This document shows, in pieces, positions 62,639-64,000 of a stretch of DNA of 64,000 bases (its first letter is position 1; every line of letters starts with the position of its first letter). Below the pieces are notes generated by a model. It saw nothing but the letters and a program-made list of their open reading frames with translations, was not told the DNA's origin and searched no databases. Both the position numbers and the translations under genes were made by a program. This DNA comes from Patescibacteria group bacterium (GTDB taxonomy: Bacteria > Patescibacteriota > Patescibacteriia > UBA9570), in the NCBI GenBank assembly GCA_041665365.1, contig JBAYIY010000002.1, positions 66,178 to 130,177 of the forward strand. Direction: 5' to 3'.

Positions 62639-64000
62639 TTACTGTATAGTGCGCTCCGGCAACGTGGCGGTCAGATCAGATAATCCCGGTGGAGTGTTAG
62701 CCACCACTCGACCATCGTAATGAATATCTTCACTGGGTTGTGGAGATGATGTACTACCTAGAGCCTTGCGTTGCAAAGCAAAACTACGCGCCATCACTAA
62801 ACCATCGAGCCGCAAAGGTAAGGTACTGTCGCCGGTGGAGAAATCCGACGCGGTATCCCCTAACACAATGTAGGCACCAACTAAATGCGTTACAAGTGGA
62901 TTTACAGTCACACCGCCTTGCACTACAAAGGCAACCGACGCTAAATTAGCAATAGATGTATCGATCGCGTTGTTATAATAATTTAAATTATCATTGAGTA
63001 TTAAATTACCGCCCACTACAAATGTGGCACTGCCATCGGCTGTGCCGGTACCATTATAAAATGTTAGGTTTGAATTTATCGTGAGATTACCAGAACAATA
63101 ATAAACGGCTCCACCTAACGGATTTGTCCCACCGGTAATAATAGTTTCCGTACAATCACCCGGCAGCGCTGCTGTACCCTCATCTTGAGCTTGTTTAATT
63201 AATTCATTCACATGCAATGATCCTAAATCACCCCGATACACCCCTCTGGTATTGTTTGTTGGTACACCACCTAAATCTGTTAAATCTGTTTCTTCACTTT
63301 TAGTATAACCAGGTTGATTAGAAAAGTTAGTAATTGATCCATTGGCTAATATCTGATAGGTGGCATTATATTCGCCACTCGGTGCTGCCGTGGTGGCATT
63401 GAATCCTTGTAAACTATACACGTCACCCTGCATGGTTCTTAACCAGGCTTTAGTGGCCAATATTCCTGACGTACTTAGATCAAATTTAATCCAACCAAAC
63501 CCGCTATCCGGATCACCGTTCCAAGCCCAGCCGGATAAAGCCAAAGTATCCGCGTCAAACTTTACACCATATTCTGCCCCAGCGGATGATATATCCCCTT
63601 GCAACTTAACCCAACCCCAAGCATCTTCGGTTCGACCCAAACTGGTCTCATAATCTCGTAACATGCGAATGCGCGCCCAGCCATACAACTCACCGGTTTC
63701 TTCATTCCAATGTGCTCCCTCAATCGGATCCCCCGCCGGATTACCTGTCATGGTTGGGCTAAAATCTATCCAGCCCATCTCATCACTCAGCCAGGCTTGG
63801 CCAGATACCGCACAATCTGTCCCACACCCACCATGCTCTAACCGTACCCCATAATTGGTTCCAGAAAAACTAATCACAGCTGTACCATTACTATCATCAA
63901 CTGAATTCCCAATCCAACCTAAACCACTTGCGCGATACGGTGTGGGAAAATTTATCACCTGCCAGTATTTTGTATTAGCATCAGTTGATCCGGCGGCTTC
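62639..64000 (-). CDS. Large extracellular protein with G-W-A-W/GW-x-x-F repeats (5'-partial)
   Basis: Frame stays open past the track's GTG at 63958 to the window edge (EAAGSTDANTKYWQVIN); GQAWLSDEMGWIDF, GWAWNG..GFGWIKF; upstream of pilM. Confidence 0.75.
   Translation of the reverse strand, partial: EAAGSTDANTKYWQVINFPTPYRASGLGWIGNSVDDSNGTAVISFSGTNYGVRLEHGGCGTDCAVSGQAWLSDEMGWIDFSPTMTGNPAGDPIEGAHWNEETGELYGWARIRMLRDYETSLGRTEDAWGWVKLQGDISSAGAEYGVKFDADTLALSGWAWNGDPDSGFGWIKFDLSTSGILATKAWLRTMQGDVYSLQGFNATTAAPSGEYNATYQILANGSITNFSNQPGYTKSEETDLTDLGGVPTNNTRGVYRGDLGSLHVNELIKQAQDEGTAALPGDCTETIITGGTNPLGGAVYYCSGNLTINSNLTFYNGTGTADGSATFVVGGNLILNDNLNYYNNAIDTSIANLASVAFVVQGGVTVNPLVTHLVGAYIVLGDTASDFSTGDSTLPLRLDGLVMARSFALQRKALGSTSSPQPSEDIHYDGRVVANTPPGLSDLTATLPERTIQ

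Overview
The window is almost certainly from a Patescibacteria (CPR) chromosome. It uses the standard code (TGA is a stop), lacks rpmD in the spc operon, and carries a monoderm-type type IV pilus cluster. Most of it is core genome on the minus strand: partial recQ, gap, dac-rluB-scpBA, aspS-asnS, a P-type ATPase, dnaB-ybaB-recR, the str/S10/spc ribosomal cluster to secY-adk-map, pepT-like/tdh/kbl, ndk, gatCA, ligA and a ~14 kb pil cluster. The most interesting signals are non-coding or very small. (1) Each of two tRNA genes is followed directly by a stand-alone GIY-YIG gene. The tRNA-Lys one is bracketed by 68-bp direct repeats made of the tRNA 3' end plus a hairpin, and the copied T-loop holds an inverted mini-copy of that hairpin; this looks like a 381-bp integrase-free element. 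(2) An apparent ~1.5 kb minus-strand transcription unit (43659-45195) has a promoter, a Thr-rich leader-peptide attenuator, a boxA-like site, ~400 nt of structured RNA and three GC-rich small ORFs with strong SD sites; one ORF is Pup/UBact-like and ends in GGD. (3) Several REP-like palindrome families occur, with one copy sitting in frame inside ligA. (4) Other oddities are many leaderless-type promoters, rpmC missing from the S10 operon and a catalytically degenerate PilT. All calls come from reading the sequence and recognising motifs; no searches or folding programs were run.
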